NCBI GenBank assembly: GCA_964016885.1
Contig: OZ024744.1
Coordinates: 45,074,001 to 45,138,000 of the forward strand
Origin: Eledone cirrhosa
Taxonomy: Eukaryota
Length of the DNA stretch: 64,000 nucleotides
Direction: 5' to 3'
The position numbers were made by a program, and so were the translations under genes. Under the pieces are notes generated by a model. That model did not search any database and was not told the DNA's origin. It was given only the letters and a program-made list of their open reading frames with translations. The first letter of the stretch is position 1. The number at the start of each line of letters is the position of its first letter. Of the stretch, positions 51,959 through 64,000 are shown piece by piece.

Positions 51959-52391
51959 AGGTTGTTGTGTATCTGACCTTGATCTACCCTGTGTTTTGTT
52001 TACATTGTATATCGTGGAACATTTGTTTCTGTAAATATCTATAACATACACCTCCTCATGTCAAGATTGCTTTTTCCTATTGGGACTTGGTACTCAAAAG
52101 GTCTGTTCTGGAATGTTCTGGTCGGAATCTCTGTTAGCTTTTGTCTAATTTTGTGTGTGTGTGTATTCTTGTGTGCGAGTCTGTGTGTGTATGTGTACTG
52201 GTGTATTTATATAACTGTGTGTCTTTGTAAAGACATATTTACATATATACATCGAAGGTGTGTGCGATGCTGATACCGCTGAGCCCTCTAAACTTGGGAG
52301 TACTGAATACTTTGATAGATTCAGAGTGGATATAGAGATGGATAAAGTCAGGACCGCGTCACCAGCCGATACCGCTTGGCACCACGTTTTG

Positions 52392-54997
52392 GCAGACTAC
52401 CTATAATAACACCATATCTGCCAGTATCAAAGACCGAATATAAGAAATTGACAGCGAAGATGCGCACGCATTGACACATCACCATCCCCACTACTCTGGT
52501 ATAGAAGAACTGCCTCGACCTTTGTCTGACTGTAGCTATTCTGCACGCACGCCCGCCCTACAATGTAGTTCACTTACCCGGAGATTTACCCATCTGCATT
52601 GTTGAGGCTTCCAAAACGACCAATTTTATTATTCTACAATCCTTCAAGTAAACTTCAAATCTCTCTTATCCCTACACCTGAGCCAGGAATTGTTTGCATC
52701 CGTAAGGGAAGGACGAGCTGGAACTCCTACGCCTCGGTCCCAAGTTCATCGTCACCTAGCGGCTTGATGAAAGACTTAACATCGACATCGAAGCCAACTT
52801 GTGCCAAATCGCCTACCAGCTTAAATGGGTGACCGCCATCAACAGCACCACAGAGAATGACGGCACCCACACAACCCGCCCCAAGTTCTCCACTTAATAA
52901 AGCCATTCAATCCCCACCTACCAACCACGAACTCGACACGAAACTCATCAGGTTGAAACATTCCATCTCTGAAATCCTACATAAACACACACACGCACAA
53001 CACACATCCTCACTAAATCTCAACTCACCACTCTCTCCAACATGAAATCGAGGACCTCATCTACCTCCCCCTTGACAAGGGAAAAGAATTTAGCATCATC
53101 AGCAGAGAGGCCTAAAACACCCTAGCCCTCCAACACCTTGACGATGACAGTCTGTACTCTAAAGTCACAGGATCACTCCCGCGCAGATCGAGGAGCACAT
53201 CAGCACCGCCTGGACCAACATGTGCGACTGGCAGAACCTCCCGAAGTAGCTTAAAAACAACCTCCTCACAAGGAACAGCAGACTACACGCCTTCTATCAC
53301 CTCGTGAAAACCCACGAACATGGACCCGACCTGAAAATTAGGCCTATTGTATCGAGCATGGAAGGACCGCTCTACAAAATTTCATGGCTTCTAGTCAAAA
53401 TATTTAAACCCCTACTGAACACCTTGCCGGGACACGTCAACAGTTCCGAGGAAGTGGTGGAGCGTCTACACCAAATGGATACCGACACCCGAAAGGCTAA
53501 CAGGTACGCCTTCAGCCTTGAGGTGGTCGCCCTCTAAGCCTCGGTCCCGGCCGTCGGCATACTGACAGAATGTGTCCAGTCCACCAACGTACACTGCTTC
53601 GAGCTTACCTCCACTGACATCCACCAGCTCCTATCCGTTGTCGTTGACAACACATATTTCAATTTTCTCGACCAAACATACCAACAGACCTTAGGGCTGC
53701 CCAAGGGCTCAAGACTGTCAGGTGTGCTAGTGATCTTGTACATGGACAGCTTCGAACGCAAGGTATTCAGCACCTGCCACCCCAACGCCGTCGCCTTCTT
53801 CTCAAGATACGTGGATGATATCCTCATCCTCACATCTTCCCAGGAGATAGCAAAAGGTATTTACGAGACGTTCAGCAACACGGACGAGAATATTGACTTC
53901 AGTGTTGAACACCCCAATGACGACGGGTCCCTTGCTCTCCTCGACTTCCGAATCAACATCACAGAGCATGGAGGTATCAACACCAACTTCTACCGCAAGG
54001 CAGCCTGTAGGGACTTGTTCGTCTACTACAAATCTGCCCTCAATGACAGTGCTAAAAGAGGGTACATCACGAACGGGATCATGCGGATTAAAAATAGATT
54101 CAGCGATCCCGTGAGTGGTGTCGCCCATACCAAGCGGTTCCACAGGGTGCTGGGGGACGAATGGATACCCAGCATCATTTACAAGCAGAATAAGGGACAC
54201 CAGACCAAAGAGGCATAGAAACACCCAAGGCAAGTGCTTCCTTAAAATCCTGCACCTGGGCGAGAAAAGCACCAACGCTATCCACAGAGCCATACGGAGG
54301 GAGGGTCTCGACATCTACTTGGCCCACTCGGGGCCCTCCCTACGGAGATGCCTCTCCAGGAAACCAGAAAAATTGGCTGACGCGTATTCCCTCAGCAACT
54401 GTCCGATGTGCCAGAGGAACTGTTGCTTACGCACGTACGTCGTATACAAGGTAGAATGTGACAAGTGTAACGTCTTCTACATCAGTAGCACCATCTGGCC
54501 ACTACATGTCCGGATCAAGGAACACATCAACACTAGGGCCTGGTCTTTCCGGAAACATATAATCAAATGCAGAAACAAAGACGGAAAGCCCATTGTCATA
54601 GTGTTAGCGACGGAACACAACGTCAGCTCTTTAAGAATCTAGGAAGCACATTGGATCAAACGCCTCGGACTACAAATAAATAACCGATCCGAGAAAAGTG
54701 AGGCGAGATGGCTGGTGTAACAAATGAAACAACAACAACACACACACAGTAGCAATCGAGAGATCGTTATTGTGTATATATCGAGTCCAGCACCCACCGA
54801 CTGACAGACAACAAGCAAGCAGACTACCTATAATAACACCATGCCTGCCAGTATCAAAGACCGAATATAAGAAATTGACAGCGAAGATACGTACGCATTG
54901 ACACATCACCGCCCCACTACTCTGGTATAGAAGAATTGCCTCAACCTTTGTCTAACTGCAGCTATTCCGCGCGCACGCGCATCCTACAGAGTAGTTC
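52392..54997 (+). mobile_element. Penelope-like element with direct terminal repeats (52392-52571 / 54819-54997), degenerate RT plus GIY-YIG
   Basis: KTH...IRPIVSS, GLPKGSRLS...YMD, RYVDD, LLDFRI, VVYKVECDKCNVFYI...RIKEH; ~180-bp direct repeats. Confidence 0.9.
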
Positions 54998-55215
54998 GGT
55001 CGTATGTATGCACACGGTAAACAACAGAGACCACGTGTTGACCCTCTCCGACAAAAAACAACAACAAAACTTTCCTCCTCGGAAAGCCCCCAGTTGATGG
55101 ATGCGAAATCCAAAATATAGGGACAATTAAATCACTTCCAAGGTAACTTCTCTACCTCTCCTTTTTTTCTTTCTCTCGATACGTAAATTGCAAACTCGAC
55201 TGTCACCACATATCA

Positions 55216-55254
55216 TGAACCTGAAGATTGCGAAAGCATGAAAGTACTTGTTCA
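55216..55254 (+). ncRNA. Type I minimal hammerhead (intact; identical to 13282-13320)
   Basis: TGAAC-CTGAAGA-tTGCgaaaGCAt-GAAA-GTAC-TT-GTTCA. Confidence 0.8.
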
Positions 55255-55668
55255 ATTAACACTTAGAATTTAATATTCTATCATACTATTTTATTATAAT
55301 ACCATTATATATATTTTAAAGGATTGTAAATAAAACGAGTAAATCAGACAAATTTGGAATTCCTCTTATTAATATAATCTTCTATACACAATCATACACA
55401 CCCGTGTATATTTACCTATCTATCTATATATATATATATATATAAACAATTAAGTTAAAAATGTACATCCGCATATGTATACTGAAATACTAGTATGCAT
55501 ATGAATACACACACGTATACATATGTAGATGTACCAAGTCTTTCACTGGTTACTTTACTGTGAGTATCCAGCTATTCTGTATGTAAACACACAGACAAAC
55601 CGGTTTTTAGAGTCATACTGGTTTTTGAGGAAACACCTTTCCTCTATTCTCCAGAAAGCCAGACAAGG

Positions 55669-55713
55669 AATATTGAACTAGTTTCGTTGTTGTTACAACT
55701 CATCAGCAATATT
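55669..55713 (-). ncRNA. Type I hammerhead (canonical core, perfect stems)
   Basis: Minus strand: AATATTG-CTGATGA-GTTGT-aaca-ACAAC-GAAA-CTAG-TT-CAATATT; 7-bp stem I, 5-bp stem II with G10.1-C11.1. Confidence 0.9.
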
Positions 55714-55889
55714 TACCTATCTACCGGCCTTTCTGGAGAATCGTAAAAGCACATATCGTTATATGCTTTTTCTATGAAAATTAGTATTGGGCAGACTAAT
55801 TTGCATATATAAGTATTGAAGTTTCCGTTGAAAATTGAAAAAATCAGAAGAATGAAGAGTGCTCTATGTAAGTTGCAGAGGTAAATATT

Positions 55890-56695
55890 TAATGTATAAT
55901 AAACAATACAATTTAATTACCTCATTACCAGAGTTTTCCCGAATAAGACGAATACTAGAAACTCCACATTCGTTCGTAAGGCAAGGCAATTTAAAATAGT
56001 GAAATATTTGAAAAATCTCCCCAAGAAAAGCTAAAAGTTTAACGAGCAAAAAAAAAAAAAGTAATAATACAAGAAATGTATTAAAATAAAAAAAGAAGAA
56101 ATATAGTAAGGGGATGTGTGTATATGCACATACATATGTACATGTGTGTGTATGTACAACTAAATGTGTATAGTGAAAAAAATGTGTGCGTAAGTACATA
56201 CATGAGGTCAAATATATTAGTGTATGTGTGATCACAAATAAATATATATATATATATTGAAAATAGAAATTGTAAGATAATGGAGTTAGCGTACATACAG
56301 ACTCAGGGACTAAGGGCAGAAATATATACACATACAAGGATGAAAGGACGCACGCGTATACACATACACACACGCGCAACCACATACATGTATGTGGTAT
56401 ATACAGGGAAGGGAGTGTATAAAGTCAACGCAGTGTCAGACACAAGGTCGATACAAATATAAAATATGATGAATAAATGAAATAATATATAAGATAAGAA
56501 TAAAAAATTAAGGCAAAGAGAAATTAAGTGGGAGGGGTTGTAATATATAAAGTAACACTAGAAAAAATAAATAAAAAGTAGAAAACATGCATATACGCGA
56601 ACAACTCATACACACATACATATATATAAATATATATACATACAGACAAAAACACGTGCAAAAAAGCATACATACACATACACGCATGCATACGT
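55890..56695 (-). mobile_element. pLTR-like repeat, paralog of 8865-9960, with decayed HHR (55915-55991)
   Basis: Colinear with 8865-9960; HHR box reads CTTACGA. Confidence 0.7.
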
Positions 56696-56699
56696 ATCT

Positions 56700-57975
56700 A
56701 ATAGGATCAGCCCTTTATCATGTAGTGAAGATATTTTCAACTCTAATGTAGATTATTATAATGTTGCATTAGCTAAGTCTGGATATAAAAATAAACTATT
56801 TTACGTACCTGCTAACTCCCAATCCACGGTAGCTAGGCATAATAATGTGATTACGCATAATATGTCTTTAAATTATAATTATAATGATAAAAGTAATAAA
56901 AATCTATATAGGAAAAATGTTGTGATTAGCTCAGCTCAGCCTAGACTGAATGGCCCTAATATGCATCCTCCAAATACTTCTAATGGTTACACTAATGGAA
57001 GTGCTGTAAGATTTGGAAAACACACTCATAGTAGAGTATTAGATAGACATATTGACCTATGTAATGGGAGAATTTCACCACCAATTTATGGTGGACTTAG
57101 TTCTGTATGCGTAGGGGAGAGTAGTAGCCCTGGTGTGAACCAGACTGTAGTGGGGAAAAATAGAAAAAATAGAAGAAGAATGAACACCTTTTTTTATGCC
57201 ACCATACAACTCTGAGGTCTTAACTAATATACCAAAAACATTCTTCTTAATCCCAGAAAAAAACTTCCCGCCGGGTAGCAGATACCATTGTATATTCAAT
57301 AAAAACACAATTAAATTATCGTACTCCACTACACCAAACCTAGCTTACCACCTGGCACGTACTAATAATCAGAAAATTAGTGTAGGTTTTGAAAATATTA
57401 AAACTGTGAGTAACCAACAGCAACCTAAACCATTGGCTAGTGCGGTACCGCAGATCGCTGACATCACATCTGTTGAACACATTACAAGTCAAATGGGTTT
57501 GAACAATAGGCCATCCCAAGGTATGAATAACGACACATACCGTAGTTGTAATTATAGAAGGAGTGGAAATTGCCCTTTAAAAGGCAATTGCCTTATGAGG
57601 AATATTGTTTATGCATGTGATGTTGTAACAACAACCTCAACTAAGACATATGTGGGTTCTACCTCTACAGCTTTTAAAAGTAGATTTAACTCCTACAATT
57701 ATACTTTTAGATATGATAGGCTTAAAAATGCTACCTTCCTTAGCTAAATATATTCACTCTTTAAAATATGATGGTATAGATTATACACTCAATTGGAGGT
57801 TGGTAACTAAATCGACACCCTACCGCCCCGATCAAAACTTGTAACCTCTGCCTGCTTGAGTCTCATGCCATAGTTTACTCTAACTGCGAATTACTGAATA
57901 GGAAATCTGAGATTTTCTCATCTTGTATTCACATGAAACTTCATTCATTTTACCACTATAAACCTATTACTTAGC
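56700..57975 (+). pseudogene. Penelope-like (Neptune-type) C-terminal region and GIY-YIG
   Basis: FFMPPYN, IFNKNTIKLSYS..PN, SCN.RRSGNCPLKGNCL..NIVY, YVGST...FKSRF, CNLCLLE. Confidence 0.88.
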
Positions 57976-58029
57976 TCTGCTGATGTATCACTCCTCCTTG
58001 TACAGTACCGCTGCTTAACCCTATTGAAT

Positions 58030-59600
58030 TCATAGTGTGTATATTGGTATAGTCTACTGTGGTGTGGTTTTGAATGTATGGGGTGGTGTAATTAGTGTGG
58101 CTCTGGTGTATTTTAGTGTGGGTGTATCTGGGTGTGGTCTAGTGTATTGTGGTATAATATGTGTGATATAGTGTAGTGTAGTGCGCGGTGATGAAGGATG
58201 GTGTGGAGAGGTGTGGTGTACAGAGGTGTGGTGTGATACTTGTATTTTATTGTGGTGTAATGATGTATTGAGTGGTGAACTGTGATGTATCTTATCGAGC
58301 TATTTGTGCTGTACTATGCTATGGACATAGGCGATGTTGTGTACTGAAGTGTAAGATAGTTTTATTTAGTTAGGTCCTTGTAAGGGATGATGTGGTGTTG
58401 TATATTTAGATACTGTATAGTGCAGTGTGGTTTGGTGTACTATCCAATGTTGCTTAGCATTATAGTTTAGTGTTGTGTAATGTAATACAGTATCCTGTGG
58501 TGTAGTTGATAGGGTCGTGTGACGTATGGCGGTGTACTTGATTTGATTTGTTGTGGAGTGTATAGGCGTACTGTAGTAGGGGGTGATGACATTGGTGTGG
58601 TTGAATCGAATGTTTGCAATTTGGTGGGATGTAGTGTAGTATAGCTAGGTGTTGGGTAGTATGAATAGGTGTCCAGTGGATTAGTAGGGTGGAGTGTAAT
58701 GTAGTGTTATGATGTGATGTGCTGTATCGTGATGATTGAAATAAGGTGTCGGACATTGTTGCCACTGGGGCAGCTTCAGTTGCTATACTCACTGGACTAA
58801 GGTGTGGAATAATATAGTCTGCAGTGGTGAGTTTTTGAGTTTGGAGGGGTGTGAGAAGTATGTGGTTGTGTTGTGTGGTAGTATAGTGTGGTATGAGGTG
58901 ATGTGGCTGTGTATGGTGAAGTGGGATCTAGTGTGTAGTAATGTAGTGCAGCGTGGTGAGGAGTGGGGTATTTTAGTGTGATGTGATGTATTGTAGTGTA
59001 GGGTGGTGTAAGGGAATTTGGTATGATTTGCTGAGGTGTGGTGAGGTGTAGTATTATGTAGTGTTTGTAATTTTGTGAGGATTGGGTATGGCGGTGGGGT
59101 GTTTTTAGTGTTGTAGTCTGGTGCACTGTGGTTTGGTGTGGTGTTGTGTGGTGTAACGCGGTCTAATTTTTCCCAATATTGAAGTGCGTAGTTTGAGGTT
59201 GGATATGTTGTACTGGTCCTGGGGCAGTGAAGTGGGATGGGGTATACAGTAGTATAATGCTTCTGGGAGTGGTAGTTTATAACGGTGTGTGGTGTGGCGT
59301 GGTATATAGTGATTGAATCGGTGGAGTGGTATGGCGTGGTGTGGTGTCGAGTGGTTTGGTTGTCTGAGGGATTGGTGTGGTGTGATGTGGTGTGGTGTGA
59401 TGCGGTGTCTATTGGTGTAGGGGTGATATCCTGTAGTTTAGTGTTATGGTGTGTATTGTATTGTAGTTTGGAGGGGGTGTGATGTGGTTAGATCTACCAT
59501 GGTATAGTGGGCTATGGGGTGGAGTGATGTGGTGGGATGTGTGTTAGTGCGATGTTGGTGGGGTAGGTACTGGGGGGAGGTAGGATGGGTGAAGTTACTG
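58030..59600. repeat. Decayed GTG/TAG-rich satellite
   Basis: Degenerate GTGTG/GTAGT pentamers. Confidence 0.75.
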
Positions 59601-59859
59601 AACTTATAATTTTACTACTTATATTCATTTCTCTTTAATCTGAATTTAGTCTGAATTAAATACCTATTAGATGAATAATCAGAGTTATCCCCCTTTCATT
59701 CACATCCTGAGTACAACGTCATCTCTTTAACAGCTGAAACATCATCATTTAATGTACACAGAGACCACATGAGAACTACGTTTTTCTGTAACACCTAAGA
59801 CGTCATCAATTTATGTACACAGAGTTCAGGGGCGCTAAATAAAGTAAAATGCTCTAAGC

Positions 59860-59985
59860 CAGTTACGGCCCTTGCCATTTTGAGTTCAAATACCACCGAG
59901 GTTAACGTTTCCTTTCATCCTTACGGGGTGATAAAATAAAGTACCAGTAATTTGCTGGCCTTGTGCCAATAGTAGAAACAATTAT
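59860..59985 (+). mobile_element. tRNA-derived SINE, 5'-truncated
   Basis: GAGTTCAAATACC...TAAAGTACCAG...GCCTTGTGCC..GTAGAAACAATTAT. Confidence 0.85.
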
Positions 59986-60413
59986 TTTAATTTAATTTTA
60001 GTGGTATGTAGACTATATTTGTAATTTTATCTTTATTTTGTATCTATTCCATTTCATCTCTGATTATATATTTGAATTTGACCATTTTTAGAAAACATGC
60101 TAAGATATTTAGTGTATTTAACAATTGGTACACGAGTGCTGATTTCCGTTTGTTTTGTTTAGACTCGTTGGTTGTGCTGATCGTTTTTGCTGTGACCTGA
60201 AGTTCTATTCACATGTTGGTGACAGAATTGTGTGTGGTGAATTGGCTTGAAATGATTCTTGAACAAGGTTTTAATGTTGACCTGTGATTTTCTGCATGGA
60301 GTGGTTGTTTATTGTAGTAATCCAGCATGCATTTTCTTGAGTTATGATGTAATTGTTACGCTTAATATACTACTACGTATATTTAACCAGTGACCATATA
60401 ACTGTATATGTAA

Positions 60414-60446
<33 letters not shown>

Positions 60447-60450
<4 letters not shown>

Positions 60451-61342
60451 TACTTGGGGAGGGTCATATTTGGGTAATAATATTGCCACAATTAATAACA
60501 GAACACACTCGCTGTTTGGTTGGTTTTCGCTTCTGTGTCTTTTATATCGGTTAATTTAATTTATTCGGTCCTCAATGTTACCATTGACTGACCAACGGTC
60601 AAACATACAGATACAATATAGACACAAACACATATATATAGTCTAAAAAAATTATTTGGTTGCACATCTGCAAAATCGTCAGTGGTGCCATTATGTTTCC
60701 TCCCGTTGTATTGTATGCCTACGCCATGTTTATTTAGTCTGTTTATTTATTTATTTTTTGTTTATTTCCGAGTGTGTATAGCGTTTTGTTTGATGTGTGT
60801 TCGTGTTTGGGTGACTGTGTGTTCGTTATTGTATTCTATCTTAGTTAACTAGTGTGTGTTTATATGTGTTTGTTGTTATTGTGCTTGTATATGTATTTAC
60901 TTATTTATTTATTTATACTTCTCTTAGGCCAGTGTTGTTTGTTTGGGTGTTGTTGTTATTCCATTCATTTTTCTGTTTAGCCTTGGCCTTCTAAGTTCTA
61001 TTTCGCTGGCCTCTCTGATTTGCCTATCTGCTGGATCATTTCTTTGTTTAGATATTATTCTAATTTCTATGTTGTCTGCCGTCGTGTTGTTGTCTGGCAT
61101 GTTCGTATAGTACTATACGAACATGCCAACGAAAGAACTTTGTTAGACTATATATATGTGTTTGTATCTATATTGTATCTGTATTTTTGACCGTTGGTCA
61201 GTCAATGGTAACATTGAGGACCGAATAAATTAAATTAACCGATGTAAAAGACACAGAAGCGAAAACCAACCAAACGGTGAGTGTGTTCTGTTATTAATTC
61301 TGGCAATATTATTACACAAATATGACCAACCCCAAGTATAAC
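60447..61342. repeat. ~200-bp inverted repeat (60447-60646 / 61143-61342) around a PLE 3' fragment
   Basis: Arms are near reverse complements; spacer minus strand encodes IEIRIISKQRNDPADRQIREASEIELRRPRLNR. Confidence 0.85.
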
Positions 61343-61419
61343 AATATTTGTTTCGACACACGATTTCATATAAAAAATCTCGCAAAACTAATTCATCGCC
61401 GTTATATCCAAATAAAAAA

Positions 61420-61642
61420 TCCAATATTTTTCACTTATGCATAGTGCGTATCTTCTTGTTCCTCTTGCGTATTCTTTAGATTGGTTGAAAATTGACCAAT
61501 CTCATTTATATTGGATACCTTGGTCCTTCATATCCCATATTCTGCTAGCCAGAGCTGTTGTAGATCTTTTTTCAGGATGTCGGAAAGATGCGACATGTGA
61601 GTAATATCTCGTTTTGAATTTGTTTTGTGTCATACCCACACA
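61420..61642 (-). pseudogene. Penelope GIY-YIG fragment, paralog of 10608-10832
   Basis: Closely matches 10608-10832. Confidence 0.85.
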
Positions 61643-61719
61643 CGAAATCACACTTATTTTTTTCTTGCCCGTTAAACTTTTAGCCTTTCTTGAGATTTTT
61701 AAAATATTTCACTGTTTTA

Positions 61720-61797
61720 AATTGCCTTGTCTGACGAACGAATGCGGACGTTTCTTGTATTCGTCTTATTCGGGAAAGCTCTGGTAAAGAGGTAATT
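61720..61797 (+). ncRNA. Type I hammerhead, family of 8893-8970
   Basis: AATTGCCTTGT-CTGACGA-aCGAAT...ATTCGg-GAAA-GC-tct-GG-TA-AAGAGGTAATT; one stem III mismatch. Confidence 0.7.
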
Positions 61798-61820
61798 ATA
61801 TTGTATTGTTTATTATACAT

Positions 61821-61879
<59 letters not shown>

Positions 61880-62501
61880 ATAAACAGAACATGATGGAGA
61901 AACAAAACACACTTATCAACATTATTTATTCTTTACATAATGTTTCATATATAAATATAATCTAACACAGCGAATTTTAAAATAAATAGATGAATGTATA
62001 AATATATGGAAAATCTGAAGAAGTATTAATGAATTTTATCTTCCATTTGTCGATATCTCAGCTCCTCTCTCTTTCAATCTCTCTCTCGCTTTTTGTCTAC
62101 TCGTCACGACCCCTCTCACTCACTCACTCTGGTGTTTGATGTTGATGAGAGTAGGAGGAGGTAAATGGTTTTCATGCTATCTTTCACCAATACTCAAATG
62201 AATTTATATATATACGCAAGGGTCAACAAACACACACCCCCAAAACAAGGTGCAACCCTCCTTACTTTAGCAAGGATAGAGGGGACCCTAACAAAGCAGT
62301 CGAAAAACAGAATGCTGGAGTCTGAAGGAAAGGACAATTAATGTTTAAAAGAAACTAAGAAAGCAAGTTACGCTAAACAACTTTTGGTCTATGTTATAAA
62401 GTCCTCTCATCTTTAAATTTATACAAGGTGCCTTTTCTTTTATTTCATACAACGTGATTTGTATAGAAAGATAGAACGTTTTGAAACGTCCACACATTTT
62501 T

Positions 62502-62555
<54 letters not shown>

Positions 62556-62951
62556 AAAAAAAATAAACACACCAATGGAAGGGGGACACGGGACAATGGT
62601 ACATGTAAGCAAGTAACCGAGAGAATGGAGATCAAGTTAAAAAAAAGCCGTTGGGTTTAAGCCCGGGGCCATAATAAAGCAGCTAGGTATTCCACGTCTG
62701 TCCTCAGCGAAAGCACAGCAGAAAGAGAGAAACGGAAGCGAGAGGGAGTAGAAGGCAGAGGGCGTGAGTGTGATTGGTAGAAAGGAGAGAGCGAAGGTCA
62801 CAGCAATAAATAGCATAAATATGAATGAGAGGAGGGGCTGTATGGTTACTGATAACGGGTGTTAGAAGGTAAGGAGACACAAACTAGAGGTGGACAGTCT
62901 CCCTTCCTATATATATGTGTGTGTGTGTACATATATATATATATATATATA

Positions 62952-63136
62952 TAACGAAGGAAATGTGGTAAGGAACCAGGTGGACCATAACGCACCAAAG
63001 TACTCAATACTTAGGGTAGTAGAGTGGGTAATAAAAAGTAAGAGCCCGACAGTTGAGCTCAAGCCGTTTCGACGGCTAATTCTGGACTGGTCAGAATTAG
63101 CCGTCGAAACGGCTTGACCTCAGCCGTCGGGGTCTT

Positions 63137-63141
<5 letters not shown>
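62952..63141. repeat. Second copy of the half-hammerhead palindrome family (palindrome 63035-63141)
   Basis: Reverse complement of 2577-2760 with a different central hairpin. Confidence 0.8.
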
Positions 63142-63194
<53 letters not shown>

Positions 63195-64000
63195 GAAAAA
63201 AACAAACAAAACACAGGAGAGGAACTCCAAGAGGGGGTAAGGAGGGAAGTAAAGAAGTAAAGCACACGAAAAGAAGGGGCAAAATAAAAATAGATATAAA
63301 AAGCAGATTTTAAATAAAAGTGAAAATAAAGTGGTGGGAGGAGTGTATAGGTCTAGGATGGGTGTGGTAGTGTGTATAGGGGTGGGTGGAGGCGAAGAGA
63401 AAGAGAAGGGGGAAGCAAGAAAATCAGAGTCCGGGCAGGGATGACGTATGGTAAAATGTGTGTGTGTAGAAAGCGTAGTGGTCATGCGAGGAGAGATAGT
63501 CGGTGTGTTTGGCAAGGCTCTGTCAATCACTCTTTTGATGGGTACATACGCGTATGTGAGCGTATATACTGGTATTTGTGTGTGTGTGTGTGTGTTTCAG
63601 GGTGTAGGTGCGTGTTTTTGTGGTATAAGGAGGGAAAGGACTAAACCAAGGGTGGGGTAGGGCCGGGGGTGGAGGTGTCTGGTGGTGAGTCAGTGGATTA
63701 GAGGGTGGCGGGGTGGAGGAAATGGGGTGAGATTAGGCGGTTACTGGTAGGTAGGTGTGCGTGGGGTGGCGTTATTAGTAGGTTAGTGATGGAGGGGATG
63801 GGTGTTAGTTGGGTGGCAAGGTGTGTGTGGTTATAGTAGGGGTAGGTGAAGGGAGAGAGGAAGGTGATTGGGTGGTTGGGGATGTTGGGGATGAGGTTAG
63901 TGTTAGGGGGGAGGTATGGGTGGAGGGTTTAGGTGGGGGTAGGGTGTTAGTTGTGTTAGTTGGGTGGCATGGTACGGGTGGGGGTGTATAGTTTAGATAG

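Noticed and set aside
55085-55125. Possible hammerhead after the PLE 3' repeat (GTTGATGGATGCGAAATCCAAAATATAGGG)
   Set aside because: Neither core box is intact; too degenerate to call

Overview
Repeat-saturated, AT-rich eukaryotic (animal) DNA with no intact cellular gene. The tRNA-derived SINE resembles octopod SINEs, so the source is probably an octopus-like cephalopod (inference). Contents: nested, mostly degenerate Helitrons (two or three families, one with a head-to-tail junction), two Gypsy LTR retrotransposons, a non-coding LTR element, Penelope-like elements (RT and GIY-YIG), CRE-like and HERO-like non-LTR retroposons, hAT and MITE remnants, micro- and minisatellites, and many fold-back inversions. 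Most ORF-track entries are microsatellite artefacts. The main non-obvious signal is about 16 type I hammerhead ribozyme (HHR) motifs from about 8 sequence families. They include a 420-440 bp structured monomer in tandem arrays (2848-4204 and 14812-16078) with one minimal HHR and an invariant octamer per unit. Both arrays lie inside copies of the same Helitron family, making this a candidate Helitron-borne non-LTR retrozyme (possible circular-RNA producer). All calls were made by eye; no searches or folding programs were run.
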